A DNA stretch of 64,000 nucleotides from Neophaeotheca triangularis (Eukaryota): positions 310,001 to 374,000 of the forward strand of contig BAAIJX010000018.1 in NCBI GenBank assembly GCA_054600435.1, read 5' to 3'. The position numbers and the translations under genes were made by a program. Positions 46,270 to 59,300 of this stretch are shown in pieces; within the stretch, counting starts at the first letter, position 1; the number at the start of each line of letters is the position of its first letter. Under the pieces are notes generated by a model. It searched no databases. It had not been told where the DNA came from and saw nothing but the letters and a program-made list of their open reading frames with translations.

Positions 46270-48830
46270 ATGTCTAACGACTAACAAATTATGGCTATTC
46301 TAACGACTACCCTATATAACCTACCCGAAGTTTTTAGTAGTATGCTGGAACAGGATACGAGGCGCTAGATCATCCGCCTATTTATCTACTTCTGATGTGC
46401 CGGAATCGAAGATCCTCGCTAATAAGTCGAAGAAATCGATTCTCTCCTTACTAGGGACCTAGTAAAGTGGGCGGAGAAAGACTACTACATGAAGGACATC
46501 TTTGCTAAAGGATATACGACTACCGAGAACGATGTGTTGACTATAAAGTAGGCTTTCCTAGACTAGTAGAACTAAGTCGTCGAAGACACTACTAGTATAG
46601 TCCCTGAAATTATAGCCCTTAAGTAGGGAAAGGACGAGATGTTAAGGTAGTACTATAACTGCATAATGTAGCTCCTTAATAAAGCTAGAGTTAAGGACAC
46701 TACTAAACAGTAAAGCTAAGCCGAGTCCTCCCTCCTCTCATTAACCACTAATTCGTTCAAAAAAGGAATCGCCTACTACTAGCTTAAGGTTAGGAGGATA
46801 TACATGTCGGATTCCGAGATAGGTAGACATATACGTACCCTTCAAAACATCTATGAAAGAGCCGAGGTAGGTATAAGGGCTATTCGAGCTAAATAAGAGA
46901 TAGAGGAGTAAGAGACGAAGTTAAATGAACTTAAGGCTCTAAAGGAGTACGTCCGAATGAACGCACTACTAGAGAGGGTCCCCTAGTACCTTAAAGCTAT
47001 CCTCGGGCTAATACTATTTAGGACTAGCTAGTAATAGTAACCGAGTTACTAGCTAGCTTCATATAGCTAGGCCGTCTAAGGACTATAGACTTAGAGGTTA
47101 GGATATGGCAACATAACTTCTAGGTAAGGTTAGCAATATACTGATTAGAGAGCGACACATATTAATCCTAGTAGCGACGTTATGGCTATAGATCTACATC
47201 GCGAGGCCATAAATGCGACCTAATAGAGATACCCGACCTTCGACCCTACTTACTCTCCTAATGAATATGTTAGTAGAGTTAGCGAGTATTATTACTACCT
47301 AGATAGGTAGCTCTATGTGAAGTGTAGCTATATCGGGCACATCTCTAAAACCTACTAAGAGGGCCCTTTGTCTCCCTAAGAGTAGAGCTTCCTTTAGAAC
47401 CTTATGAACTTTTAAAGGTAAAAGGGTCTAGCGATTAGGGAGACTAGGTTAGCGAACTAACTAGAGGTTAGGGCGACTACTAACATGATCAGTATCCGGG
47501 TAGTAGCTATAAAAGATTTGAATAAGGGAGATCAAGGCGAGTTCTAGTAGAGGGCTATACCGCTAATATAAGACATAGGCATAGGGGTTTTCGATATAAC
47601 CGCTATAGAGGACGAGAGACGTAAGAGAGCTAGGCCTACTAAAGAGGAGGATAGGGAAGATGTTAGGGAGGATAGCTAGACATAGTGTGAGTACTAGGCA
47701 TTAGGTAACACAGACTACCTCGCTAGTAAGTACAATTACTACTATTATGTAGCCCCTACCTAGAGACGTAAGAAGGCGTTAAAGAAAAAGACTACTAGTA
47801 TAAGAGAGAAGAAGCTACTTAAGTCAATCGTCGCTATATAAGGAGAAGCTCTAGTTAATGTCCGGGAGCTACTTAAATCTGCTACGATAATCCTCCTACT
47901 ACTATATTTAGTCTAGCTTTCGCTATACTTCCGGGATGAAGCAAAGCGCCTATTAGCCATACTACGAGTAAGGAGAATAAAGAAGCCTGTATAAACTCTA
48001 GCTAGCCAATTTAGCTTCGGCAATTCCTAATAGCAAGTCTCGAGTGCGATAATGAAGCTAGGACAAATTAACGTTAACTAGATAGCCTTAAACATACTCT
48101 ATAAAGTTCAAAAATGGAGTAGTTAGGATAGGACTAAGAGAGCATTTAGCATGCCTATGACTATCTAGAAACTAGGGAACCACTACTCGATCTCTATCCC
48201 CTATAACTAGGTCATCGCGGACTAAGGATTAGACATCAACCTTATTTACCCTAAGTTACGAGAGATACTTAGGCTCCGTCTCTAACCTATAAAGCAACTC
48301 AACCTCTTACTAGTAACTATAACAGTAGCTAATAGTAGCTAATACAAGCTTAACTACTAAGTCTATGTTAATATGTAAGTAGAGGGGATCCGCTAGGAGG
48401 TATAGGCCTTTATATGTCCTACTTGAAGCGAAAGGGTATCGCTACTCCTCGGGGTCCTATACCTCGATAGTGTAGACGCACAAATCGACGTAAGGGCGAA
48501 CATGATCTATATAAGGGATGAGGAAGCTAGAGAAAAGACAGTTATAGTGAAAGCCCCTAACGTCATCGTAATTACCCCGAGGATTTTAACGAAGTAACCT
48601 ATATAGAAGCTAGAGGAGGAATTAGAAGAAGATTCGGAGAGAAGCTTAGAGGAGGAATTAGAGGAAGACTTAGAGTAGGATTCGGAGAAAGGTTCGTAGG
48701 AGGGGGATAAGACGGAAGGTAAGGAGTTAGGGGAGTTAACCGAAGCGGAGGAGTTAGAGGACGAGGATATAGAAGCGGTTTTTCATAAGATCCTAGACAA
48801 GATAGGAAAAGGTTTAAAGGGTAGAGATTA
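46270..48830 (+). pseudogene. gag-protease region of element D (RIP-disrupted)
   Basis: ATG 46270, zinc knuckle L(C)VKC(G)(H)IGHISKT(C), the protease motif and an acidic E/D/S tract all lie in one frame. End coordinate approximate. Confidence 0.7.
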
Positions 48831-49199
48831 GCTAGCTCAGTAGACGCTATTCACACTAATCGAGTACTGTAGATAGTAGTATAGTGCATAAAATACGAAG
48901 TCCGGATTCGTAGTAAGTAGTGTCTTCAATACGACAATGTCCTAGGTATAAAGCAATTAAGCGAAGCAATAAGTGAAACGACCGTAGACGATATACCACT
49001 ACTACTATATAGATACGAGACCTCCTATAACTACCTATACTACTAATAGTCACTCGAACTCGAAGTCAACTAGACTACTATGATAACCGAGTCTAGAAAG
49101 TAAGGGATAGCTATCCTAAGACTAGTCGTCCACTAAGACATTATGTATACATAGTCGCTCTATAAACTACGACAATAGGTAGACGAAAAGGGCATTAAG

Positions 49200-49634
49200 T
49201 GTTATGAACATAACACATGTGACGGAAACACTAACAAACGATTAGCATACTACAGTATAGGCTAGTAGGAGCGCCTAGGAACTGAGTAAGTAGCTTAGCG
49301 TAGAACTAAGCGAGCTGCTTAGTACTACTTAAACTGCTAAGGACTACTGAGCATAACTGAGTAGAACTGCTTAGTAGTGATTAGGGTGATTAGTACTACT
49401 AAGTAAGACTGATTAGGACTAATCACATGAATCTCCTATATATATATTATAACCGAGTTTCTTAGATAGGTGTTCGTGTTTAACTCATGTTATAATCTTA
49501 CTAAAAGGTCTACTACTACTATTCACGTATCTTTAATCCTTACAATAAAGGAAACACCCTTACTAGCCTTCTTCGATATCTCTCCTCTTCTACTACGAGC
49601 TCTATCTATAAGACTACTTTATAGGATCGTAACA
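49200..49634 (+). repeat. 5' LTR of copy C
   Basis: TGTTATGAAC...GGATCGTAACA; direct repeat of 55948-56382. Confidence 0.95.
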
Positions 49635-49674
49635 CTTTGAACACCCTCTAGGAAAGAGAGATTAATAGGTAAGT

Positions 49675-51897
49675 ATGTCCCTATCTAATAACCAAGACGT
49701 AAGCGTCACTAGTACCTAATGAGGAGTATTAACTATAGCTACTAATAAGGTTACCAAACTAGATTACTTCTATAGCGAACGCAACAAGTTAGATAACTAG
49801 GTCAACTAGATGATAATGTTCTTTCTTATAGAGAGCGTTAGTAAGTAGAAGCAACCTCTTACTACTACTTCTTTCCTTCGAGGAGAAGCCTAATACTAGA
49901 TCTACCTAAAGCTTATAGATTTCCTTATAGAACGAATCGACCCTAAAGGACTATTCTCGAACTAGAAGTCTTTTGTCAAGGTTATCCGTAACGTCTACAG
50001 ATTGAGTAACGATCGACAAGTTGCTATCTAAATGATTTAACACCTTATGTAGAAAACGTCTACCTCTTAGTATACTACTAAGTTTTAGGAGCACTTAGCT
50101 AAGACTAACTAGGATGACAATACTCTTATAACTATATATTATCGAGGACTTAAGGACAACGTGAAGGATGAACTTATACATCATAGAAGCGATCAGTCAA
50201 CTCTCGCCAGTATAATTAAGGCGGCGATCGAGGTTAATGATACGCTCTACGAATAGTTTATAGAAAAACGCTATACTAGACAATTTCGCGGATAAACTAG
50301 CTATACTACTAGCAGCCGGCCTGTCAGTTAGCAACATCGCGACCCTAATACGATAGAACTCGACTCTACATAACAACATCCTAGGAAAGGTAAGGATAGA
50401 GGATAGGGCAAACAGAATACCCTAGGCAAGAAACGGAACGGACCGGAATACTATAACTACTACAAAATAGGGCACTATACACGAGACTACTATAGGAAAC
50501 AGATATGTCTATGATAGGAGGTCAATACGATTTTGACCTAATAGGATAACGACTCTCCTATCGATAAGAGCTACGGAGCTTATAACATCACTAGATCAAA
50601 GAACGACCTAGATAAACACGACGAACTTCACTAGAGGTTTTGCGAAAGGGATTACTACTTGATGTATAAGAGTTAAGGACTAATCACTAACGGTTTATCT
50701 ACTAAACCTTAGAAGGAAGTAAACATCATTAAATGAGTTACCTTAATGTCCGAAACGGACGCACTAATTGAGTAATTCTAGAAGCTTAAAGAGTTTCATG
50801 ACGACTTAGTTAGTTATAAGGAGTAGATAGAAGAACACTACAACCTTATAGTCTAAGTAGCTAATTAGATAGTAAACCTAAATTATAGGATTAAGGCTAA
50901 AGTAGAGGAGGAACTTAAGCAACTACATAAACCTTAGAAGGAACTCAACATAATGTCAAGACACTAACTACTATAGTAGTTAAGGGATAACGGTAATGTA
51001 GCCCGAGGAAGGTCCCTACCTCTATTTGTATAGGAGGACGACAAACTACAAGAAAACTAAGCACTATTAAGAATGACGGCACTACCGACACCTAACTCAG
51101 AAAATGAAAACATATCTTAGACACCGGAACTCACTACGATCGTACTAATACCGGAGATTAGCCCTTTAAGACTATCTATGCCTCTAGAGATCCTAGGATT
51201 ATAAGAAGATACGATAGTAACGGATTCCGAAGATGACTCCGAAAACGACTATACTAACGATAACGAACCAGATAACAACAATATAGTAGAGTTTATTGTA
51301 CATAGACCAAACCCAATCAAGAAAATGGTCATTCACATCGTATAGTCATATAAAGAAGTGTTCCCAATAATCTAAGGCAAACGATGCCTAGAACCTAACT
51401 AATTTGAAGCTATACTCATATAATTATGAGTAATATTCTAGGACTACCACAAGGTTAATGTCGAGTACGATGCTACCACTTTTATCTAGGACAGGCTACT
51501 AATAGGAAGCACATTCTATAGAGAGAACGGTTACATCACGCCAGATAGGATATGCATCCTACACACGATAAGATAACGAGTTAAGATAGTCAAGGATCGC
51601 TATAGAGAATTCCAACTCATCTAAGAGCGATAGAGAGAAGAGGAAATCACGCTATAAGAAATGAAGAAATAAGTATAGAATTCCTTGGATTAATAGATAA
51701 TAGTACTACGTAACAAGTTCCTACTACTAGTCGACCGAAAGATTATTCTTAGACACATTAAAGTAACTACATGAGGACTAATTACTATACACATAATCTA
51801 AGGAAAAGTTATGATTAAACCTCGGGACGGACCCCTTTATTAGGAAGTCTCTCTCGAGATAGCGGATTTATCTACCTACTTCTTAAAAAACGAATAG
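49675..51897 (+). pseudogene. gag: gag of copy C
   Basis: Colinear with 2085-4304. Ends with AAAAAAC (51885-51891) GAA TAG. Confidence 0.85.
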
Positions 51898-54800
51898 GAC
51901 CTATCGCTAAGAGCGAGCGTTAGGAACTAAACAACACAAATACTTAACACTAATAAGCATTAGGAACGGTCTTCCGAATAATATATACTGTCGACGGATA
52001 CGAAACCTTTACTATAATAGACTCCGGAGCCAGTAGAAACTTTATCTCGGAAACGTTCGTGCATTAGTATAGGCTAGCTACCTAGAAGAAAACAGATAGT
52101 AGGTACGAATTAATAGCTGTAGACGGCTCATCACTACCTAACGTAGATAGCGAAACAGTACTACTACTACTTATCTTCTAGAAGTACTATAAGCGTATTA
52201 TCTTAGATGTCGTGCCTATAGCTAGACATGACATCGTTCTAGGTACACCTTAGCTAGAATAACACAATCCTATAGTGGATTAGAGAAAACAAGTACTCAC
52301 ATTCGATAGGTATAGTTATATCACTACAACCTACCCTACGCGCTAGTAGCGATCGACAGTAGATAAGAGAAGGTAGATCAACGAAACGTATCGCCAATTA
52401 ACCATGATACTAATACGAATTGGATCAGACTCTATAGGTACCGAACTAGCCTAAACGGACTAATAAGTAAGAGTTAAAGGAAGAAGTCATATACCTTTAG
52501 ATATCCCTAGAGAATTCAGAAAATAGAAGTACCTTTTCTAGGAAGAGGAAGGAGTAGCCGCTCTACCTAGACATTAACTATAGGACCACTAAATCGACAT
52601 TTAGCCTAGTACGAAAATACTATAGGGGCCACTTTACGCGCTATCCGAAAAAGAGCTCGAAGAGTAATGATAATAGCTAGATAAGAAAATGAAGAAAGGA
52701 TAGATTCGACCCTCTACTTCATTAGCTACTTCACTACCGTTTTTCGTTCTAAAGAAAGGAGGAAAATTACGAATAGTTATCGATTTCAGATGACTTAATA
52801 CGATCACTACTAAAAACCGTTATCTACTACCTAACATCGACGAGATAAGAGATCGACTCACTAGTTCACACTAGTTTACTAAAATCGATCTCCGAGATAC
52901 ATTCTATTTAGTTAGAATAGTAAGGGGGGAAGAGTAGAAAACAGCTTTTCGAACGCGCTATGGACTTTACGAATTCTAGGTTATGCCTATAGGACTCACG
53001 AACGCCCTAGTAACCTGTTAACAACTCGTTAACGACATCCTACGAGACCTACTCGACATTACTGTTATCGCTTACATTAACGACATATTAGTCTTTATGA
53101 AGGGATCACGAGAACAGTATACTAAGGACATATATACTATGTTCGAATGACTTAATAAGGTAGACTTCAGGATAGTACTAGAGAAATGCGAGTTCTATAA
53201 AAAGGAAGTCGACTTCCTAGGCTTTATGATTAGCACTACTAGAATCCGAATAGACCTAAAGAAAACTCAATCGATTAAGGAATAGCTAATACCTAAGTTA
53301 GTTAAGGATATCTAGGCATTCCTCAGACTAGCTAACTACAATCGGAAATTCGTGAAGGATTATTCAAGGCTCGCTATGCCTCTAACTAATCTCACGAAAA
53401 AGGACACACTATTCGTATAGAGAAGGATTTAACAATAGTCCTTCGACAAACTTAAGGAGTCATATACAACTGCTCCTATACTAAGGATGTTTAACCCCAA
53501 GAAACCAATTCAGATCGAAACCGACGCCTCTAATAGAGCGATAAGGGCTTACCTCATATAGGAGGTTAAAAGCAAATAACACCCTATCGCTTACTTTTCA
53601 AGAAAGATGTCACTAGTAGAACAGAATTATGAGATCTACGATAAAGAACTACTCGTAATCGTTATAGCATTACGATACTAGAGAGTGTACTATGAAGGAG
53701 TAACTAGACTCACTATTTACTCAGATCATAAGAACCTACAATACTTCATAACAACCAAGGAATTGTCACACTAGTAATGTAGATAGTTAGAGCTACTTAG
53801 ACAATACAAGTTCGACATAGTCTACACTCCTAGAAAAGACAATAGGCGCGCTAACGCACTAAGTAGAAGAAGCGACTACATAGAAGGCTACCTTCTATAA
53901 CAACACTATATACTAAAGGTTAATAAGGACAGAAGCCTAAGCGCTAATCCTTAGGAGTTTAACTTAGTACTACGGGTACTATAGGATGACACTAAAGAAT
54001 TCCCTATCGAACACGGGAAGTTTAGGGTTCTAAACGAAAAGGAATGCTAGTATATCTAAGACCACTACGATAGACCTACTAACGGACATCTAGGAATCGC
54101 TAGAACAGTAGAACACATTAGGCGTAACTTTATGTTTCCCGGAATGAGATAGAAGGTCTTAGAGTACATCAAGAAGTATACAAGCTACTAACAAAATAAG
54201 GCTTCTAGACATACTAAATACGGAAATCTTCAATTCTAGGAGCTACCGGATCTACCATGGAATGAGGTCATAATGGATTTCATCGTCAAACTACTAAGGT
54301 CTTAGGACCCATCAACATATAAGGACTATAATTCAGTTCTAGTTATAGTTAACAGACTCACGAAGTATTCACATTTTGTTCCCTATAACGAGACAATTAC
54401 TATAGAAGAACTAGGATACCTTATCCTCGATAGATTAGTACGATACTACAGCATTCTAACAGTTCTAATTATGGATAGAGATAAGCTCTTCACATCTAAC
54501 TACTAGAAGACCTTAATATTAGTAATAGGAGTGAAACATAAGCTCTCGACAGCATTTCACCCTAAGACTAATAGACAAACAGAACGCTCAAACTAATCCC
54601 TCGAAACATACTTAAGACATTACGTTAACTATGCTTAGGACAATTAGGTAGCGCTCTTACCTATAGTACAGCTCGTACTTAATAACAATGCCTTAGAAAT
54701 AATAGGCATGACTCTATTCTATACAAATTTCGGAAAAGATCTAAACATGTTTATAGAACTAAAGCTAGGACTACTTATAGAGAAGGCCCTACAAATGTCT

Positions 54801-55350
54801 TCATAGCTATAGGAAGTACATAAATAGGTAAAAGACAAAATTACATAGTCATAATAGCGACTCGAGTTATAAAGACATAAAGACTCCAAAACGGCACCTT
54901 AGCTTAAGAAGGGGGATAAGGTATACCTACTTACGAAAAACCTGAAGATAAGGAGACGAACACGAAAACTAGACTATATCAAAGTCGGACCGTTTCTAGT
55001 TAAAGAATAAAGAGGAAAAGTTAATTACCTCCTCTAACTCCCTAAAGACGCTAGAGTCTACCTAGTCTTCTATATATCCTTACTCGAACTAGTAGACCCC
55101 GAAACACCAATCCAAGACACCTTTTACCACGATCTACTAGAGGAAGAAGCCGAGTACAAGGTCGAAAAGATTCTAGACAAGGACGGTTAGAACTACCTCG
55201 TAAAATGGAAAAGATACCCTATAAGCGAAAACACGTAGGAACCTAAGGATAACCTACTTAACTACTAGACGCTTCTACGACAGTACTACTAGTATCGAAA
55301 CCCTAGAACTTGGACGACAAGTCGAAACCACTATCTAAGGCGTTCTAGGT
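51885..55350 (+). pseudogene. pol: pol of copy C (PR-RT-RH-INT-chromodomain)
   Basis: Colinear with pol of copy B. Chromodomain at ~55155-55265. 3' end approximate. Confidence 0.9.
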
Positions 55351-55851
55351 AGAGGGCGATAAGTTTACGCCAAGATCTAATAAGGGCTTATCTAACGCAA
55401 CAACCTCTATAGCTTCTATACGCTCCTCTTCCTCTTACTACTCGATATTAGCCTCCTCTATAGTAATAGCCTCCGCTTCCTACCCTTCTAAAAGGTCGAG
55501 TTAATAGCGTAACCTTTACTCTCGAGTAAAGGTAGTGCTTAGAGCGTCCTAAGCGGCCTCTTTAGCCTTCCTTACAGCCTACTAAGCGTTAAATGCTTCT
55601 TGAATAGATACGTATAGTTTAGAACGCTCGCGTTTTAACCGCTCCTATTCTGACTACATTACCTAAAGATCACACCTCTAACCACGATACAAATAGTCGC
55701 TACACTTTCTAGACCGCACGTACACGCGACAAACACGCTTATACTTCACGTAAGTAGAACAAGCCTTAACCATAACTTCGCCGTTCGATTTGATGAAGTC
55801 CGCTAGTTAGCGACGTCAGATTATGCTTCGGCCGAGACGAGGATTAGGCAT
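55258..55851 (-). pseudogene. Antisense accessory ORF of copy C: Zn(II)2Cys6-like cluster plus coiled coil (~197 aa after RIP reversion)
   Basis: MPNPRLGRS...ACST(C)VK(H)KRVCRV(H)VRS(G)KCSD(C)LxRG(Q)RCD, i.e. C-x2-C-x6-C-x8-C-x2-C-x6-C. One frame to TCT AGT AGT TAA at 55258. Confidence 0.8.
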
Positions 55852-55947
55852 CGCGAAAGGAGAAGAGTTATGATAAGTAGAGATGTAGGAATACAACGAG
55901 ACCTATAACGTTAGCGTCGAGACGACGCTAGTATAGAAGGGGAGTAG

Positions 55948-56382
55948 TATTACGAACATAACATATATGACGGAAACACTAACAAACGATTAGCACACTA
56001 CAGTATAGGCTAGTAGGAGCGCCTAGGAACTAAGTAAGCGGCTTAGCGCGGAACTAAGCGAGCTACTTAGCACTACTTAAACTACTAAGGACTACTAAGC
56101 ATAACTGAGCAGAACTACTTAGTAGTGATTAGGGTAATCAGTACTACTAAGTAAGACTAATTAGGACTAATCACACGAATCTCCTATATATATATTATGA
56201 CCGAGTTTCTTAGATAGGTGTTTATGTTTAACTCATGTTATAATCTTACTAAAAGGTCTACTACTACTATTCATGTATCTTTAATCCTTATGATAAAGGA
56301 AACACCCTTACTAGCCTTCTTCGATATCTCTCCTCTTCCGCTACGAGCTCTATCCATAAGACTACCTTATAGGATTATAACA
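55948..56382 (+). repeat. 3' LTR of copy C
   Basis: Follows PPT AGAAGGGGAGTAG. Starts TATTAC (RIP form of TGTTAC), ends ATAACA. Confidence 0.95.
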
Positions 56383-56387
56383 TTAAG

Positions 56388-59300
56388 ATAGGGTCCTACG
56401 TTCTAGAGGACGACCTTCTCGATGTCTTGTAGACCCTCTAGATATACCGTGATCTCGAATCTATAGGAGTAGACACTCTCGGGCCGCTAACAGACCTAAT
56501 CTAATACCGAACTACAATTAAGGAGGGCATGCCAATTTATAAGGCGAAAGTAAAAGTCATAGCTAAGGACAAGGAGTAGTAGTATCGTAAGTTCGTACTA
56601 GACGGATTAGAGTCTAGACTTTTCGAGAGAATAGTCCGAGCTAATAGGAAGCTCTCGTAGTAGGGAGCCGACCTAGTACTAGTAAAAAAGGAGGGTAAGG
56701 AAGAGCCTCGACTCACTTTTAACTACTACTATATTTAGGAGGAGCTACTAGGGAACTAAATATAGCTATTAAGGGAAGCTCATAGATTTTTGTCCTTACT
56801 AACTCACTAATGCTTTTCTTTATTCGACTTGAAGAACGGGTACTAGGTAGTAGAGATTCACCCTAATAATAGACACCTCCTTACATTTAGCGTACCTAGG
56901 GTAGGATAGCTATAGCCGACGCGGATAGCATAAGGCGCTAGATCCTCCTCTTTCATATTTAATGAATTAGGGAACATTATACTTAGTGCCCTCGACGGCC
57001 TATATCCGGAGCTATCCCTCCTCTATTATAGAGATAGGCTAGGACTCCTACTACATATAACGTTCTATATAGACGACATGTTCGTAGCACACTCAAATTG
57101 GACTGATTACTAGAACTTTATAAAGTGCTACTTACTACCGCGCTTCCTCTAGGCTAGACTCTATCTCACCCTATTAAAGGTAAAGATTAGAGTCGACTAG
57201 ATCGTTACACTTAGGGAACTCTACATTACTAGAGGCAAATCATCCCCGAAACTACTTAGGGTATAGAAGTTACTCGACTAGCCCTAACTATAGAACTAGA
57301 CTAAAGTGAGATCATTCCTTAGTATAGCACTCACTATACGTTAGTACATTAAGAACTATGCCGAAATCGCCCGACCCCTTAATAGACTGACTAGAAGCAC
57401 CTTAGAGTAGTAGTGGTCGGATCTAGAGCAGATAGCGTTCATTATGCTCAAAAACCTTATAGCTTTAAAGGTTATACTATTTAGTTAGGATCCTATACTA
57501 CTAGTAGAGATGTATGTAGATGCTTCAAGCTTCGCTATAGGATGCTTTATTTAGTAACTCTAGAATGAGAAATGGGTACTAATACTATACGATTCATTCC
57601 TCTTCCTAACTACTAAGAGGAACTACGATACCTATAAGCGAGAGCTGAAAGCGATCGTCACCTTTACGACGAAGCATTCCTACATACTCTATTGCCTAAT
57701 CGAGTCTACTGTTTAGACGGACTATAAGCTACTCACTAAGTTTCTAATAAGTAGTATGCATGAGGACATCTTCTTCTAGTACCTAGAAAAACTCTACCTA
57801 CTAAACTTTCGTATCTAATATATCGAAGGCGAGCGTAATGTAGTAGTAGACGGCCTCTCCCGCACCATTTTTTCCCCTAATTGTAATCTAAGCGAAGAGA
57901 ATGAGGCATTACTTTAGGAGGTCTAGAGGCATAACCGCTAGCTAGAAAACGAGTAGTTCTAGAAGTCTAGTAAGGGAGGCTACTTAGAGTAGCTCAGGTC
58001 TAACTATAAGAAGCCTAAGGAAGAAAAGATCGACAGCTTTATAATAAAACGAAGTAGAGAGGACGACAATTATGCTGTCGAGCCCGATAACCCTACTAAA
58101 TAAACAGAACCGGACTAAGAGCTAATAGTTAAGCCTAAGTATAGGAACAAAAGAAGCTGTATAGTATAATTAGGACCCTATATAAACGAACTTTATAGTA
58201 CTCCTAAGAGCGAACTCTTTAAAAAGAACCTTTATCGGAAGTACTACGCATCCTATTATCACGAGAAAAACATGGCTATAAGTAAGCGAAGGGAAATAAA
58301 TAAGGCAAACTAGAAGAGCATCGCTAGCCGCTCCGGTAACCGAAGAATCCCTAAAGGGTCTACCTACGCTAATCCGCATTGTAGATAGTAGAAGAAGGGA
58401 GTGAACTACTTATAAGCTGACGATACGATCCTTTACCGCTTCTATTAGGAGAGGTAGTATAAAGAGCGTATTAAAGCGGAGAAAGCTAATAGGGAAATGA
58501 CCGATACTTAGTAGTAGGTAAGGTAATAGAAGCCTAGTATAAGACCGAGGAGGACAATAAAGGTAGAAGAACCTATATTCTAGGAGTACTAGAATGAACA
58601 TTACTAGGCTAAGGTAGTGTCGGTTACAATAGGTCCTAGAGGTATAGTACTCTACTAGAGTTACTACTACCGCTAGATAGGGGAGAAAGGGGATAAGCTA
58701 TCCGACGAATAGAAAATACTAGACCTAGAGTAAGGAGTTAGCACACTAAGCTAGGGATACTCTACCCCTATCATTACCTCGATAGCCCTATATAAGCGTT
58801 TACATAGAGCATGTAAGGATCTCATAAAATGCCCTTATCTTTACTATTAGGCGAAGATGATAAGCATCGACGACACTACTATAGAAAAGAAGAAATTCAA
58901 GAACCTTCCGAGCTCTATAGCGTATTACCTCTCGGACCGCCCCTATTACGACAAGGCTTATTAGAACTATAATAGGAGTCAATACATACATTAGTACTAT
59001 CGAGTAAAGCACTACTAATATCTAGAGAAACACGAGGGTTGTGATCGCCTAACATGTGAATATGACTACTATAAGATATAGGTTATATAGGTAGAAAAAC
59101 GCATCCTCGCTAAGGAAAATCTAGAAGAAGAGCTACTATTTCGTATAGCGGATCTTGATCGCCTATATGAAGAGGTAAAGAAGAAGGCCTTAGTACGCTG
59201 ACCCTAGACTAACTATAAGAATCATCACGAGCTCTAAGAGCTACTCTATAAGTAGAAGGACATATTGTAGAAGATAGCTAGCTTCAAAATCTTCCTCTAA

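Larger units (their letters stand above)
49200..56382 (+). mobile_element. Full-length chromovirus copy C (7183 bp), same family as A/B, nested in element D
   Basis: 435-bp LTRs 49200-49634 and 55948-56382. TSD TTAAG at 49195-49199 and 56383-56387. Internal region colinear with copy B. Confidence 0.96.

Noticed and set aside
45510..59012. Hydrophobic minus-strand ORFs in the ORF track (45510, 48856, 50197, 58170, 58410, 58800; also 2832)
   Set aside because: Shadow ORFs of RIPed, TA-rich retroelement DNA; the I/L/Y richness is a RIP artefact.
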